Assembly (NCBI GenBank): GCA_964485795.1
Contig: CAZAJQ010000003.1
Location: 68,940-132,939, forward strand
DNA from: an uncultured Gammaproteobacteria bacterium
Lineage (GTDB): Bacteria; Patescibacteriota; Patescibacteriia; VMEV01; CAZAJQ01
Length of the DNA stretch: 64,000 nt
Reading direction: 5' to 3'
The notes beneath the pieces were generated by a model. It saw nothing but the letters and a program-made list of their open reading frames with translations. It ran no database searches and had not been told where the DNA came from. Of the stretch, positions 38,740 through 48,317 are shown piece after piece (position 1 is the first letter of the stretch; each line of letters starts with the position of its first letter). A program made the position numbers and the translations under genes.

Positions 38740-39072
38740 ATGGCCGTAAAAGCGACAAAAGAAGAATTTCATCAAAGGATTCGTATCAAGATTCGGGCGT
38801 ATGATCACAAGATCGTGGATCAGTCAACGCGTATTATTTTGGACACCGCTTCTCGAACGGGAGCGAAAATATCCGGACCGGTTCCATTGCCTACGGAAAA
38901 ACATAAGTATTCGGTGAATCGATCTTCTTTTGTAGATAAAGATTCTCAAGAGCAGTTTGAAATGCGTATTCATAAAAGATTGATTGACATAGTTGATCCT
39001 ACGGAAAAAACCATTGACTCCCTGATGAATTTGAATTTGCCGGCCGGTGTTGACGTGGAGATAAAGATGTAA
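38740..39072 (+). CDS. rpsJ: 30S ribosomal protein S10
   Basis: [41 protein letters not shown]. Confidence 0.95.
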   Translation: MAVKATKEEFHQRIRIKIRAYDHKIVDQSTRIILDTASRTGAKISGPVPLPTEKHKYSVNRSSFVDKDSQEQFEMRIHKRLIDIVDPTEKTIDSLMNLNLPAGVDVEIKM

Positions 39073-39309
39073 GGGAATGCATGATTTGAAAATATAAATA
39101 AGATCTGAGACGTTATGGCCTGCATCGGATACGTCAAAAGAAAACCTTTATATTTTTTCCATTAACAGGAGAATATTTTCTCCTCACCTATCAAAGACAG
39201 CATTTGATTTTGAAGTTATTTTTTTGAATTCATTGCAGAAGTTTATTTCTTGCTAAAGATTGGGAAGTAAGCTTCTGTTTTTAGCATTCGGAAAACAGTA
39301 TTTACGCTT

Positions 39310-40017
39310 ATGAAATTCATTCTTGGAAGAAAATTAAGAATGGAACAAAGGTTTCAAAACGGAGCCGTTGTACCGGTAACGGTCGTGCAGGCAGGTCCTT
39401 GTATTGTGACGGTGAAAAAAAACGTTGAAAAGGACGGCTATACATGCGTCCAGATAGGCTTTGAAGAAACCAAAAAAGTAACACGAGCGGAAAAGGGACA
39501 TGTGAAATCGTTGGAAAAAGCCGGAAGATTCCCTCGCGTTTTGAGAGAATTTCGTGTCGAGGAAGGGGATATCAAGGTTGGTTCCGTCATTGACGTGAAT
39601 ACGTTTGAGGTGGGAGACATTGTGAATGCCCGAGGTGTTTCAAAGGCAAAAGGTTTTCAGGGTGTGGTCAAAAGACATGGCTTCAGCGGCCAAAAAGCAA
39701 CGCATGGAACCAAAGATCAATTGAGGCATTCCGGTACGATCGGAGCCGGAGGGAAGCAGCATGTGCTGAAGGGAATCCGAATGGGTGGACGAATGGGCGG
39801 CGATCAAGTTACCGTAAAAAATCTCGCGATTATCGAAATTGATGCGCAGCGTCATATGCTTTATATCAAAGGAGCCTTGCCGGGAAAGCGTCTTTCTTTG
39901 ATCAAGATTTTCGGCAAAGGTGATTTGAAAGTATCCGAACCTGCAGGTATTCCGGTATCTGATATTTTAGCGAAGTCTGCGGAAACGACCTCTTCTCCGG
40001 TAAGGGCTGAGGAATAA
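39310..40017 (+). CDS. rplC: 50S ribosomal protein L3
   Basis: PVTVVQAGPCIVTVKK...GFQGVVKRHGFSGQKATHGTKDQLRHSGTIGAGG. Confidence 0.93.
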   Translation: MKFILGRKLRMEQRFQNGAVVPVTVVQAGPCIVTVKKNVEKDGYTCVQIGFEETKKVTRAEKGHVKSLEKAGRFPRVLREFRVEEGDIKVGSVIDVNTFEVGDIVNARGVSKAKGFQGVVKRHGFSGQKATHGTKDQLRHSGTIGAGGKQHVLKGIRMGGRMGGDQVTVKNLAIIEIDAQRHMLYIKGALPGKRLSLIKIFGKGDLKVSEPAGIPVSDILAKSAETTSSPVRAEE

Positions 40018-40026
40018 TTTTCACAT

Positions 40027-40659
40027 ATGAAAGCCAAAGTTTTTAATGTACAAGGACAGGAAGTAAGGGAGATGGATCTTCCATCGGATATTTTTGACGT
40101 TACCTTGAGCAAGGATACGCTGATTCATGCGGTTCGAGTTCAATTGGCAAACAAGCGTCAGGTTTTGGCGCATACCAAGACCAGAGGGGAAGTGCGCGGA
40201 GGAGGGAAGAAACCATGGAAACAAAAAGGTACCGGCCGAGCACGACATGGTTCCATTCGGTCACCTCTGTGGGTGGGGGGCGGTATCGTCTTTGGCCCGC
40301 GTAAAGATCGTAATTTTTCATTGAAAATCAATAAAAAACAAAAGAGCAAGGCTTTGTGCATGGGACTTTCGGATAAGGCAACCCATCAGCAGCTCATTGT
40401 GATGGATGAGTGGAAAATAGATGCGATCAAGACAAAAAACATGGCCAAGATTCTTCAGTCATTGCCGGTCAAGCAAGATTCCGCTTTGATTCTCTTTGAA
40501 AAAAGCGATGAAAAGCTTATCAAATCCTTGCGAAACATTCCGAATATCATGAGTATGCATGCGAAGTGCTTGAACATTATTGACCTTTTGAAGTATAAGT
40601 ACCTTGTTCTGCCGGTGGCTGCTCTGGATCTTTTGCCGGTAAAGATGAAAAAACAGTGA
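40027..40659 (+). CDS. rplD: 50S ribosomal protein L4
   Basis: [43 protein letters not shown]. Confidence 0.93.
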   Translation: MKAKVFNVQGQEVREMDLPSDIFDVTLSKDTLIHAVRVQLANKRQVLAHTKTRGEVRGGGKKPWKQKGTGRARHGSIRSPLWVGGGIVFGPRKDRNFSLKINKKQKSKALCMGLSDKATHQQLIVMDEWKIDAIKTKNMAKILQSLPVKQDSALILFEKSDEKLIKSLRNIPNIMSMHAKCLNIIDLLKYKYLVLPVAALDLLPVKMKKQ

Positions 40660-41108
40660 AATCTATGGGAATCATAAAAGACATTCAAAAAACACTCAAA
40701 AGCGATGATGGTCAGGATGCACAGAATACGGTATCCGAAGACGACAAAAAAGAAGTGAAGTCTTCGCTCAAGGCTGGAAAGACACGAGCTTCGAAGAAAA
40801 ATAATGAAGTGAAGCTCAAAGAAGATACCGGAAACGCCTATCGTATCATCAAGTATCCGATATTCACCGAACAATCACAGGTGCTCGCTGCATTGGGAAA
40901 GTATGTTTTTCGAGTGAGTATGGATGCCAGCAAAACTGATGTGGCGTATGCGGTAGCCAAGGTATACGATAAAAAAGTTGCCAAGGTCAATATGATTCGA
41001 ATGCAGGGGAAAAAAGTCATGAATGCTCGATGGAAAGGCAAAAAGAAAGATTGGAAAAAAGCCATTATTACCTTGAATCCGGGTGAAACCATGGAAGTGA
41101 ATCAGTAA
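40656..41108 (+). CDS. rplW: 50S ribosomal protein L23, with an N-terminal K/E/D-rich extension of about 60 aa
   Basis: The L23 core is YRIIKYPIFTEQSQVL...FRVSMDASKTDVAYAVAKVYDKKVAKVNMI. The ATG overlaps the rplD stop in an ATGA arrangement, which supports the long form. An in-frame GTG (VKLKEDTGNAYR) would give a canonical-length alternative. Confidence 0.85.
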   Translation: MKSMGIIKDIQKTLKSDDGQDAQNTVSEDDKKEVKSSLKAGKTRASKKNNEVKLKEDTGNAYRIIKYPIFTEQSQVLAALGKYVFRVSMDASKTDVAYAVAKVYDKKVAKVNMIRMQGKKVMNARWKGKKKDWKKAIITLNPGETMEVNQ

Positions 41109-41131
41109 TTCAAGAGTTTTATACACGATAT

Positions 41132-41962
41132 ATGCCGGTAAAAATATACAAACCTACCTCTCCGGGACGAAGAAACGCTTCGGTGAACACCTTTGCCGAG
41201 TTGACGTATTCAAAACCGCATAAGCGGCTTGTGGCACCAAAAAAAAATCATGCGGGTCGCAATCATAGGGGGAGCATTACGGTTCGCCATCAGGGAAGCG
41301 GAGTCAAAAAAATGTACCGAATGGTGGATTTTCTTCAGGACAAATGGGATATTCCGGCAAAAGTGATAAGCATTGAATACGATCCCAATCGTTCGGCATG
41401 GATTGCCTTGTTGGGGTATCGAGATGGGGAAAAACGATATATTCTGGCATTGCAGGACATGAAGGTGGGAAACGAAATTCTTTCATCGCAAAAAAGGGTG
41501 GATATCCAGATGGGCAATCGTATGCCGATGAAATTTATCCCCATCGGAAGTTTGATTTCAAGCATAGAAATGCGTCGCGGGAAAGGTGCGGAGATGGTAC
41601 GATCCGCAGGAAACAGCGCTCAGCTGATGGCCGTGGAAGATGGGTATGCTTTGATCCGCATGCCTTCAAAAGAATTGAGAAAGATTCCGTCTGATTGCAT
41701 GGCGACGATTGGGGCGATTTCCAATCCCGATCATGGTTTGGTACGTTACGGGAAGGCCGGTCGTATGAGGTATTTGGGCGTGAGACCCAGAGTTCGCGGC
41801 AAGGCCATGAATCCGGTGGATCATCCTCATGGAGGTGGTGAAGGGAATACCTCTATTGGCTTGAAAGCTCCAAAAACCAAGTGGGGAAAGAAGGCGTTGG
41901 GAGTGAAAACCCGCAAAAATAAATCCTCGGATATGTATATCGTGGAGCGGAGAAAAAAGTAA
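41132..41962 (+). CDS. rplB: 50S ribosomal protein L2
   Basis: IKIYKPTSPGRRN...AKVISIEYDPNRSAWIALL...GNRMPMKFIPIGSLI...HGGGEGNTSIG. Confidence 0.95.
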   Translation: MPVKIYKPTSPGRRNASVNTFAELTYSKPHKRLVAPKKNHAGRNHRGSITVRHQGSGVKKMYRMVDFLQDKWDIPAKVISIEYDPNRSAWIALLGYRDGEKRYILALQDMKVGNEILSSQKRVDIQMGNRMPMKFIPIGSLISSIEMRRGKGAEMVRSAGNSAQLMAVEDGYALIRMPSKELRKIPSDCMATIGAISNPDHGLVRYGKAGRMRYLGVRPRVRGKAMNPVDHPHGGGEGNTSIGLKAPKTKWGKKALGVKTRKNKSSDMYIVERRKK

Positions 41963-42002
41963 AATAGAGACTGTAGCAAAATCATGAATCTTAAATGAAA
42001 AT

Positions 42003-42290
42003 ATGGCAAGAAGTGTGAAAAAGGGCCCGTTTACGGATCCTAAATTGATAAAAAAAATTCAGATGATGAAGCCTCAAGAAAAAAAGGTGATCAAAACATG
42101 GTCGCGAGCTTCGACCATAACACCTGAGATGGTGGGATATACATTTGGAGTGCATAACGGAAAAAGTCATATTGAGGTTTATGTCGTTGAGAATATGGTA
42201 GGGCATAAACTGGGCGAATTTTCACCAACAAGAAAATTTATTTCACATGGAGGGAAAATGGCCAAAGCGGAATCAAAAGAAAAAGCGTAA
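42003..42290 (+). CDS. rpsS: 30S ribosomal protein S19
   Basis: [10 protein letters not shown]...[48 protein letters not shown]. Confidence 0.95.
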   Translation: MARSVKKGPFTDPKLIKKIQMMKPQEKKVIKTWSRASTITPEMVGYTFGVHNGKSHIEVYVVENMVGHKLGEFSPTRKFISHGGKMAKAESKEKA

Positions 42291-42308
42291 AAAAGATAGA
42301 GTATCATT

Positions 42309-42890
42309 ATGAAAGTCACAGCAACATTACAACATTTGCGAATGGCTCCTCGAAAGGTTCGACTTTTGAGAGATTTGATTTGCGGCATGAAGATTTCCAG
42401 CGCACAGTCCCAGCTTTTGCAACAATCCAAGTGGGCGGCAAAGCCGATTTTGAAGCTGCTTTTATCCGCGGTTGCCAATGCCGAGCATAATTTCGGCTTG
42501 GAAAAAAATAATCTTTATATTCATACCATGACGGTTGATCAGGGGCCGATTATCAAACGTTGGACTCCCAAAGCGTTTGGTCGAGCGACCGAAGTAAGGA
42601 AAAAAACATCTCATATTACTTTGGTACTCGACGAAATGATTCCAGGCCAAAGTCATAAGAACGCAGGAGTTTTGAAATCGGATAAGCAAGACGATAAGGT
42701 GCTCGCAGAAACGAAAGCATCGGAAAAGAAGGAGCAGCAAAGTTCAGCGGACGTGAAAGAAAAGCATAGTGAAGCGGCTTTTGATCGCCGAAGAGCGGTA
42801 AAACGCAAAGAAAATTTTCAAGAAAATAAGCCCCAAAAGAAATCCAAGGGCTTTGCGAGTAAAATATTTCAACGAAAGAAAGAAGGATAA
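42309..42890 (+). CDS. rplV: 50S ribosomal protein L22, with a K/E-rich C-terminal extension of about 80 aa
   Basis: The L22 core is ATLQHLRMAPRKVRLLRDLICGMKISSAQSQL...GPIIKRWTPKAFGRATEVRKKTSHITLVL, followed by a low-complexity K/E/Q tail. Confidence 0.9.
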   Translation: MKVTATLQHLRMAPRKVRLLRDLICGMKISSAQSQLLQQSKWAAKPILKLLLSAVANAEHNFGLEKNNLYIHTMTVDQGPIIKRWTPKAFGRATEVRKKTSHITLVLDEMIPGQSHKNAGVLKSDKQDDKVLAETKASEKKEQQSSADVKEKHSEAAFDRRRAVKRKENFQENKPQKKSKGFASKIFQRKKEG

Positions 42891-42911
42891 GAGTTTTCAT
42901 AATCCATTTCT

Positions 42912-43613
42912 ATGGGACATAAAGTGAATCCAAAAGGCTATCGGGTGAGTGTCATCTACGGTTGGCCGTCAAAGTGGTTTTCAAAACGCAATTACGCGGA
43001 AAATCTCAAGCAAGACATTCAGATTCGAAGATTTTTGAAAAACAAGCTGAGGGAAGCTTTGCTTGACACTCTTGAAATTGAACGTTCTCACAATAAGATC
43101 ACCGTTATCATTCATGCGGCCAAGCCGGGAGTGATTATCGGCAAAGGAGGCGCTGGAGTGGAAGAATTGAAAAAAACTTTGGAACGCACTTTTCTTGTTG
43201 GCAAGAAACTCAATCTGCAATTGACCATTTCCGAAGTTAAAAAGCCAAATTTATCCTCGGCCATTGTCATGCAAGGAATGATATTTGATATAGAAAAACG
43301 TATGCCGTTCCGCCGAGTGCTCAAGCAAGCGCTTGGGAAGATTGAAAAAGCCGGAGCTTTGGGCGGGCGGGTGAGTGTTTCCGGAAGACTCAATGGAGCC
43401 GAAATCGCGCGTCGCGAAACATTGTCTTTTGGGAAAGTGCCTCTTCATACGCTTCGAGCGGATATCGATTACAATCGTGGAATGGCAAAAACTACATACG
43501 GAGCTATCGGTGTCAAGGTTTGGGTGTATCGCGGAGAAGTGTTCGGCGAGAAAAAAGTTTTGAATATGAAAAACGAGACCAATGAAGTTAAAAATCAAGC
43601 GTTAAAAAGTTGA
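42912..43613 (+). CDS. rpsC: 30S ribosomal protein S3
   Basis: MGHKVNPKGYRVSVIYGWPSKWF and a KH domain (GVIIGKGGAGVEELKK). Confidence 0.95.
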   Translation: MGHKVNPKGYRVSVIYGWPSKWFSKRNYAENLKQDIQIRRFLKNKLREALLDTLEIERSHNKITVIIHAAKPGVIIGKGGAGVEELKKTLERTFLVGKKLNLQLTISEVKKPNLSSAIVMQGMIFDIEKRMPFRRVLKQALGKIEKAGALGGRVSVSGRLNGAEIARRETLSFGKVPLHTLRADIDYNRGMAKTTYGAIGVKVWVYRGEVFGEKKVLNMKNETNEVKNQALKS

Positions 43614-43614
43614 T

Positions 43615-44043
43615 ATGCTCATGCCGAAAAAAACGAAATTTCGTAAATCACATAAAGGACGCAGGAGAAATCAAGGAATAGCGTCTTCAAAGACTTCATT
43701 GAGTTTTGGTAAATACGGGCTCAAAGCTTTGGAACATGCGTGGATTACCTCTCGGCAGATTGAGTCTGTTCGTATTACGGTGGCGAGAGCCGTGCAAAAA
43801 GGCGGAAGGCTTTGGATACGTATTTTCCCTGATAAGCCGGTAACGCAAAAAGGCAATGAAATGCCCATGGGAGGCGGAAAAGGAGCCGTAGATCACTATG
43901 TGGTGGCCGTAAAACCCGGAACCGTTCTGTTTGAAGTGGATGGAATCCCTGCCGAAGTCGCGCGAGAAGTGCTTGAGTTGGCCGCTTATAAATTGCCGAT
44001 AAAATCCAAATTTATCACCAAAGCGTATCGCTATGAAGTATAA
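43615..44043 (+). CDS. rplP: 50S ribosomal protein L16
   Basis: MLMPKKTKFRKSHKGRRRN...GKYGLKALEHAWITSRQIESVRIT...MPMGGGKGAVDHYVVAVKPGTVLFEV. Confidence 0.95.
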   Translation: MLMPKKTKFRKSHKGRRRNQGIASSKTSLSFGKYGLKALEHAWITSRQIESVRITVARAVQKGGRLWIRIFPDKPVTQKGNEMPMGGGKGAVDHYVVAVKPGTVLFEVDGIPAEVAREVLELAAYKLPIKSKFITKAYRYEV

Positions 44044-44218
44044 AGAATTTCGAGAATTATCGAGTGAAGAGCTCAAGAGACGCTTGCAAAATAAGCGAGA
44101 AGCTTTGCGATATATGGGTTTTCGGGTTCATGCCCATGAATGGAAAGAAGTGCGGAAAATTCGTGAAGTCAAGAAGGATATTGCAAAAATCTTGACTCTT
44201 CTCCATAAAAAGTCGTAA
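44033..44218 (+). CDS. rpmC: 50S ribosomal protein L29
   Basis: MKYKEFRELSSEELKRRLQNKREALRYMGFRVHAHEWKEVRKIREVKKDIAKILT. Confidence 0.85.
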   Translation: MKYKEFRELSSEELKRRLQNKREALRYMGFRVHAHEWKEVRKIREVKKDIAKILTLLHKKS

Positions 44219-44250
44219 ACTTACGCGTTTGAGGTCGCAACTATTTTTAT

Positions 44251-44505
44251 ATGATACCAGCAACATCCAAAACGACGAAAAGAACATTTATCGGTGAAAT
44301 CATATCGGATTCCATGAATAAGACGAGAGTGGTTCGAGTTGAAAGCGTTAAACAGCATCCCAAATACGAGAAAAGGTATCTTTCGGCTCGAAAGTTTAAA
44401 GTCCATGACGAAAAAAATGAATACAAGATGGGTGATAAAGTGAAATTCATCGAATGTCGACCATTGAGCAGCGAAAAACGTTGGAGAATCGTTGGAAAGG
44501 CATAA
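44251..44505 (+). CDS. rpsQ: 30S ribosomal protein S17
   Basis: TFIGEIISDSMNKTRVVRVESVKQHPKYEKRYLSARKFKVHDEKNEYKMGDKVKFIECRPLS. Confidence 0.9.
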   Translation: MIPATSKTTKRTFIGEIISDSMNKTRVVRVESVKQHPKYEKRYLSARKFKVHDEKNEYKMGDKVKFIECRPLSSEKRWRIVGKA

Positions 44506-44531
44506 AGAATAAAAGTTTTTGATTCAAGTGT

Positions 44532-44903
44532 ATGGTGCAACATAGAAGCATGTTACATGCGGCGGACAATACCGGAGTGAAGAAAATGCAGGTGATCCGA
44601 GTTTTGGGCGGGTACAAAAAGAGGTACGCGAGAATCGCTGATATCGTCACGGTGACGCTCAAAGATGTTCAGCCTCATTCCATGGTGAAAAAGGGTGAGG
44701 TTCATCATGCTGTCATCGTGCGCACCAAGAAAGAAACCAAACGAACCGACGGGAGTTATATCCGATTTGACGAAAACGCTGCGGTGATTATTGATATGAA
44801 ATCCAAAGAACCCAAAGGCACAAGAATTTTCGGTCCGGTGGCGCGTGAGCTTCGAAATGCGGGATTTCATAAAATCATTTCCTTGGCGCCCGAGGTGCTC
44901 TAA
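44532..44903 (+). CDS. rplN: 50S ribosomal protein L14
   Basis: [27 protein letters not shown]...[33 protein letters not shown]. Confidence 0.95.
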   Translation: MVQHRSMLHAADNTGVKKMQVIRVLGGYKKRYARIADIVTVTLKDVQPHSMVKKGEVHHAVIVRTKKETKRTDGSYIRFDENAAVIIDMKSKEPKGTRIFGPVARELRNAGFHKIISLAPEVL

Positions 44904-44912
44904 TCGCAATAT

Positions 44913-45224
44913 ATGAAGATCAAAAAGAACGATACCGTCAAAATTATCGCCGGAAAGGATAAAGGAAAATCTGGAAAAGTGATACAGGTGTTGGCTTCAG
45001 ACGACAAGGTTGTTGTCGATGGGGTGAACAGCATGGTGAAACATTTGAAATCCAAGCAAACCGGGAAAAGCGGTGAGAAAATGCAATTTTTTGGCCCTAT
45101 CGCTGTTTCAAACGTGCGATTGATATGTTCTCGTTGCAGCAAACCAACGCGCGTAGGGTATAAGGTTTTGGAAGATCGGTCCAAGGTTCGAGTTTGTCAT
45201 GTGTGTCATGAAATAATTTCCTAG
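44913..45224 (+). CDS. rplX: 50S ribosomal protein L24 (KOW domain) with a C-terminal Cys4 segment
   Basis: MKIKKNDTVKIIAGKDKGKSGKVIQV plus CSRC...CHVC. Confidence 0.9.
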   Translation: MKIKKNDTVKIIAGKDKGKSGKVIQVLASDDKVVVDGVNSMVKHLKSKQTGKSGEKMQFFGPIAVSNVRLICSRCSKPTRVGYKVLEDRSKVRVCHVCHEIIS

Positions 45225-45225
45225 T

Positions 45226-45762
45226 ATGCATTTGAAAGCAGTGTATCTCCAGAAAGGCGTTCCGGAACTTTTGAAAACATGCCACCTGAAAAATGTCATG
45301 GAGGTTCCTCGCGTGGAAAAAATCGTCATCAATGTCGGTATCGGAAAAAGCAAGGACGATGCGAGGTTCAAAGATGTTGTTTTGGAAAATCTCAAAATGA
45401 TTTCAGGGCAAAAGCCTTCATTGACCGAAGCGAAAAAATCCATTTCCAATTTTAAAATCCGCAAGGGTCTTGCGGTGGGGGTGCGCGTTACTTTGCGAGG
45501 CAAAAGGATGTATGATTTTTTAGAAAAACTGATTCATGTTTCGCTGCCGCGCATTCGGGATTTTCAGGGATTGGATACCCGTATCATTGATAAATCCGGC
45601 AATATGAATATCGGATTCAGAGAGCAAATCGCATTTCCGGAGATTCAGGCCGAGGGTATTGAAAAACTCCATGGGGTTCAAGTCACCGTCAGTGTCAAAG
45701 CCAAGAGCAGGGAGCATGCGTTGGAGCTTTATAAATTTTTTGGATTTCCGTTTAAAAAATAA
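45226..45762 (+). CDS. rplE: 50S ribosomal protein L5
   Basis: [16 protein letters not shown]...[36 protein letters not shown]. Confidence 0.95.
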   Translation: MHLKAVYLQKGVPELLKTCHLKNVMEVPRVEKIVINVGIGKSKDDARFKDVVLENLKMISGQKPSLTEAKKSISNFKIRKGLAVGVRVTLRGKRMYDFLEKLIHVSLPRIRDFQGLDTRIIDKSGNMNIGFREQIAFPEIQAEGIEKLHGVQVTVSVKAKSREHALELYKFFGFPFKK

Positions 45763-45767
45763 TTTTT

Positions 45768-45962
45768 ATGGCTACTGAAGCTCAACGAGTGAAAAGTCAA
45801 AAATCCTTGACGAGACCCAAGTTTTCCACGCGAGTCGTGAGACGATGCTGGAGATGCGGGCGCAAGCATGGGTTTATGAGAAAGTTTCAGATGTGCAGGA
45901 TTTGTTTTCGAGAATTGGCATCTCAGGGTCTTATTCCCGGGGTGCGAAAGAGTAGCTGGTAA
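45768..45962 (+). CDS. rpsZ: 30S ribosomal protein S14, zinc-binding type Z
   Basis: 64 aa, with [25 protein letters not shown] (CxxC...CxxC). Confidence 0.9.
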   Translation: MATEAQRVKSQKSLTRPKFSTRVVRRCWRCGRKHGFMRKFQMCRICFRELASQGLIPGVRKSSW

Positions 45963-45995
45963 AATCTTTAATTTATATCTTACAATGAACGAAGT

Positions 45996-46397
45996 ATGCT
46001 ACACGATCCCATTTCAGACATGCTTACAAGAATGAGAAATGCCGTCATGGTGCGAAAACCGGAAGTGGTGATGCCGTATTCAAAAATGAAAATGGCCATT
46101 GCGAACATTCTTAAAAGGGAAGGGTTCATCGAGGATGCGGAGCGCGTTGAAAAAGGAGAATCAACACAGTTTGATATTTTGAAAATTCGCTTGAAGTATG
46201 TCGAGAAGCAGCCGGCGATTCAGTCGCTTCGACGTTTGAGCAAACCGAGTTTACGCATCTATCGGAAAAAAGGGGATTTGCCTCGTGTTTTAAACGGCTA
46301 TGGCATTGCGATCGTATCCACATCCCGCGGACTAATGACCAATAAAGAAGCGGCAAAATCGGGTTTGGGAGGCGAAGTGATTTGTGAAATTTATTAA
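45996..46397 (+). CDS. rpsH: 30S ribosomal protein S8
   Basis: DPISDMLTRMRNAVMVRK...RVLNGYGIAIVSTSRGLMTNKEAAKSGLGGEVICEIY. Confidence 0.95.
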   Translation: MLHDPISDMLTRMRNAVMVRKPEVVMPYSKMKMAIANILKREGFIEDAERVEKGESTQFDILKIRLKYVEKQPAIQSLRRLSKPSLRIYRKKGDLPRVLNGYGIAIVSTSRGLMTNKEAAKSGLGGEVICEIY

Positions 46398-46405
46398 TCC
46401 TGCGT

Positions 46406-46951
46406 ATGTCAAGAATCGGCAAAAAAGAAATTATTATTCCGGAAAAGGTGAAAGTTGTCATCGAGGGAAAGAAGGTGACGATTTCCGGCCCCCTCGGAGA
46501 AGTGAGTCAAACCTTGCATCCCTTGGTGAGTGCAAAAAAAGAAGATGCCATCCTTCGAGTGGATGTTGAAAACCACGACGATATCGAACAAAAGGCGCTA
46601 TGGGGACTCTTTGGAAGCCTTTTGAACAATATGATCGTCGGCGTCACTTTAGGATTTGAAAAAAAACTGGAAATCAATGGAGTCGGATACAAGGCGCAAC
46701 TCAGCGGCGGTAAGTTCCAGCTTTCATTGGGATACACGCATACGATTGAATTTACGCTCCCAAAAGGAATAGAAGGCAAGGTTGAAAAAAACCTCATTAC
46801 CATCCGCGGAGCCAATAAGCAGCTCGTGGGTCAGGTAGCCGCCGAGATCCGAGCCTTGCGAAAGCCGGAACCCTACAATGGAAAGGGCATCAAATACCTC
46901 GACGAAGTGATACGGCGCAAAGAAGGGAAAAAGGCGAAGACCGGAGAATAA
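46406..46951 (+). CDS. rplF: 50S ribosomal protein L6
   Basis: MSRIGKKEIIIPEKVKVVIEGKKVTISGPLGE...GYKAQLSGGKFQLSLGYTHTIEF. Confidence 0.95.
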   Translation: MSRIGKKEIIIPEKVKVVIEGKKVTISGPLGEVSQTLHPLVSAKKEDAILRVDVENHDDIEQKALWGLFGSLLNNMIVGVTLGFEKKLEINGVGYKAQLSGGKFQLSLGYTHTIEFTLPKGIEGKVEKNLITIRGANKQLVGQVAAEIRALRKPEPYNGKGIKYLDEVIRRKEGKKAKTGE

Positions 46952-46960
46952 TTCATTTTT

Positions 46961-47317
46961 ATGAAACGAGAAAAAATATACAGCGATATTCGTAAAAGAC
47001 GTGCCAAGAGAGTGCGTGCCAAGATTTCCGGCACAAAGGTTACGCCGCGGGTTGCCGTATTTCGAAGTTTACGTCATATCAGCGCACAGTTTATCGACGA
47101 TGCCGCACAGAAAACGGTTCTGTCGGTGCATGATTCCATGCTCAAGGACAAAGATTTGAAACCTGTGGAAAAAGCGAGGGCGCTGGGAAATTTGGCGGCA
47201 GTAAAAGCGGCTGATTTGAAATTGCAGAATATCGTTTTTGACAGGAGACATTATCGATATCATGGTCGCGTGAAGGCATTTGCGGATGGCATGCGAGAAA
47301 AAGGATTACAATTTTAA
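46961..47317 (+). CDS. rplR: 50S ribosomal protein L18
   Basis: RRAKRVRAKISGTKVTPRVAVFRSLRHISAQFIDD...FDRRHYRYHGRVKAFADGMREKGLQF. Confidence 0.9.
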   Translation: MKREKIYSDIRKRRAKRVRAKISGTKVTPRVAVFRSLRHISAQFIDDAAQKTVLSVHDSMLKDKDLKPVEKARALGNLAAVKAADLKLQNIVFDRRHYRYHGRVKAFADGMREKGLQF

Positions 47318-47325
47318 CATCCATT

Positions 47326-47865
47326 ATGGTGATTCAACCACAAGAAAAAACATCATCGCAGAGTCAGGATTCGCGTCCCGAAGAAAGAAAAGAATCAAGG
47401 ATGAGAATGCGCAAAGAAAAGAATCCGGAGTTTGATCAGAAAATCATTGATTTGGCTCGCGTTACTCGCGTTATGGCCGGTGGAAAACGCATGCGATTTC
47501 GTGCCTGTGTCGCCGTGGGTGATAAAAAGGGTCGAGTTGGACTGGGTATGGCCAAGGGAGCCGATGTGACGCAAGCCATCAACAAGGCCGTTTCCGCCGC
47601 TCAAAAAAATCTCATTGTGGTTCCTCTCAAAGACGCAAGGACACTTCCTCATCAAGTGAAAAAGAAATTTGGAGCCGCCCAAGTCATGATGAAGCCGGCT
47701 CAAGTGGGGCAAGGTATCATTGCCGGAGGTGTCGTGCGCATGATTCTCGAGCTTGTCGGCGTCAAGGACGTGGTGGGAAAGATCAGCGGTGGAAGCGCCA
47801 ATCGAATCAACAATAGCAAAGCGACGATAGAAGCTCTCAAGGCTTTGCATAATGTAAAAAAGTAA
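47326..47865 (+). CDS. rpsE: 30S ribosomal protein S5
   Basis: IDLARVTRVMAGGKRMRFRACVAVGDKKGRVGLGMAKGADVTQAINKAV...GSANRINNSKATIEALKAL. It is followed directly by rplO, with no rpmD (L30) between them. Confidence 0.93.
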   Translation: MVIQPQEKTSSQSQDSRPEERKESRMRMRKEKNPEFDQKIIDLARVTRVMAGGKRMRFRACVAVGDKKGRVGLGMAKGADVTQAINKAVSAAQKNLIVVPLKDARTLPHQVKKKFGAAQVMMKPAQVGQGIIAGGVVRMILELVGVKDVVGKISGGSANRINNSKATIEALKALHNVKK

Positions 47866-47869
47866 TCGT

Positions 47870-48310
47870 ATGCTGTCACTATCCACGCTTCCAAAGGCGA
47901 AAAGTTTCAAACGCATCAAAAGACGCGGGAGAGGAAATTCTTCCGGCAAGGGCGCTTATTCCGGAAAAGGGATCAAGGGGCAAAAAGCGCGTACCGGAGG
48001 AAGCCACGGTTTGACCTATCAAGGAATGAAATCCCGTATCATGAGCATCCCCAAGATGCGAGGCTTTGCGAGCATGTACCACAAAAAAGCGACGATCAAT
48101 CTGGACGATATGAACGTTTCATTTCGGGTGGGAGAAAAAATCACTCCGAAACGTTTATTGCGCAAGGGTTTGATTTCCTCGGTGCGTTTTGGCGTAAAAA
48201 TATTGGGAAACGGGGAAGTGAATAAGAATTTTGTTGTAGCGGGATGCGAGGTGTCTCAAAGCGCCCGAGTCAAGATAGAAAAAGCCGGAGGTACGATTCA
48301 AAGTAAGTAA
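47870..48310 (+). CDS. rplO: 50S ribosomal protein L15
   Basis: KRRGRGNSSGKGAYSGKGIKGQKARTGGS. Confidence 0.9.
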   Translation: MLSLSTLPKAKSFKRIKRRGRGNSSGKGAYSGKGIKGQKARTGGSHGLTYQGMKSRIMSIPKMRGFASMYHKKATINLDDMNVSFRVGEKITPKRLLRKGLISSVRFGVKILGNGEVNKNFVVAGCEVSQSARVKIEKAGGTIQSK

Positions 48311-48317
48311 GAGACTT

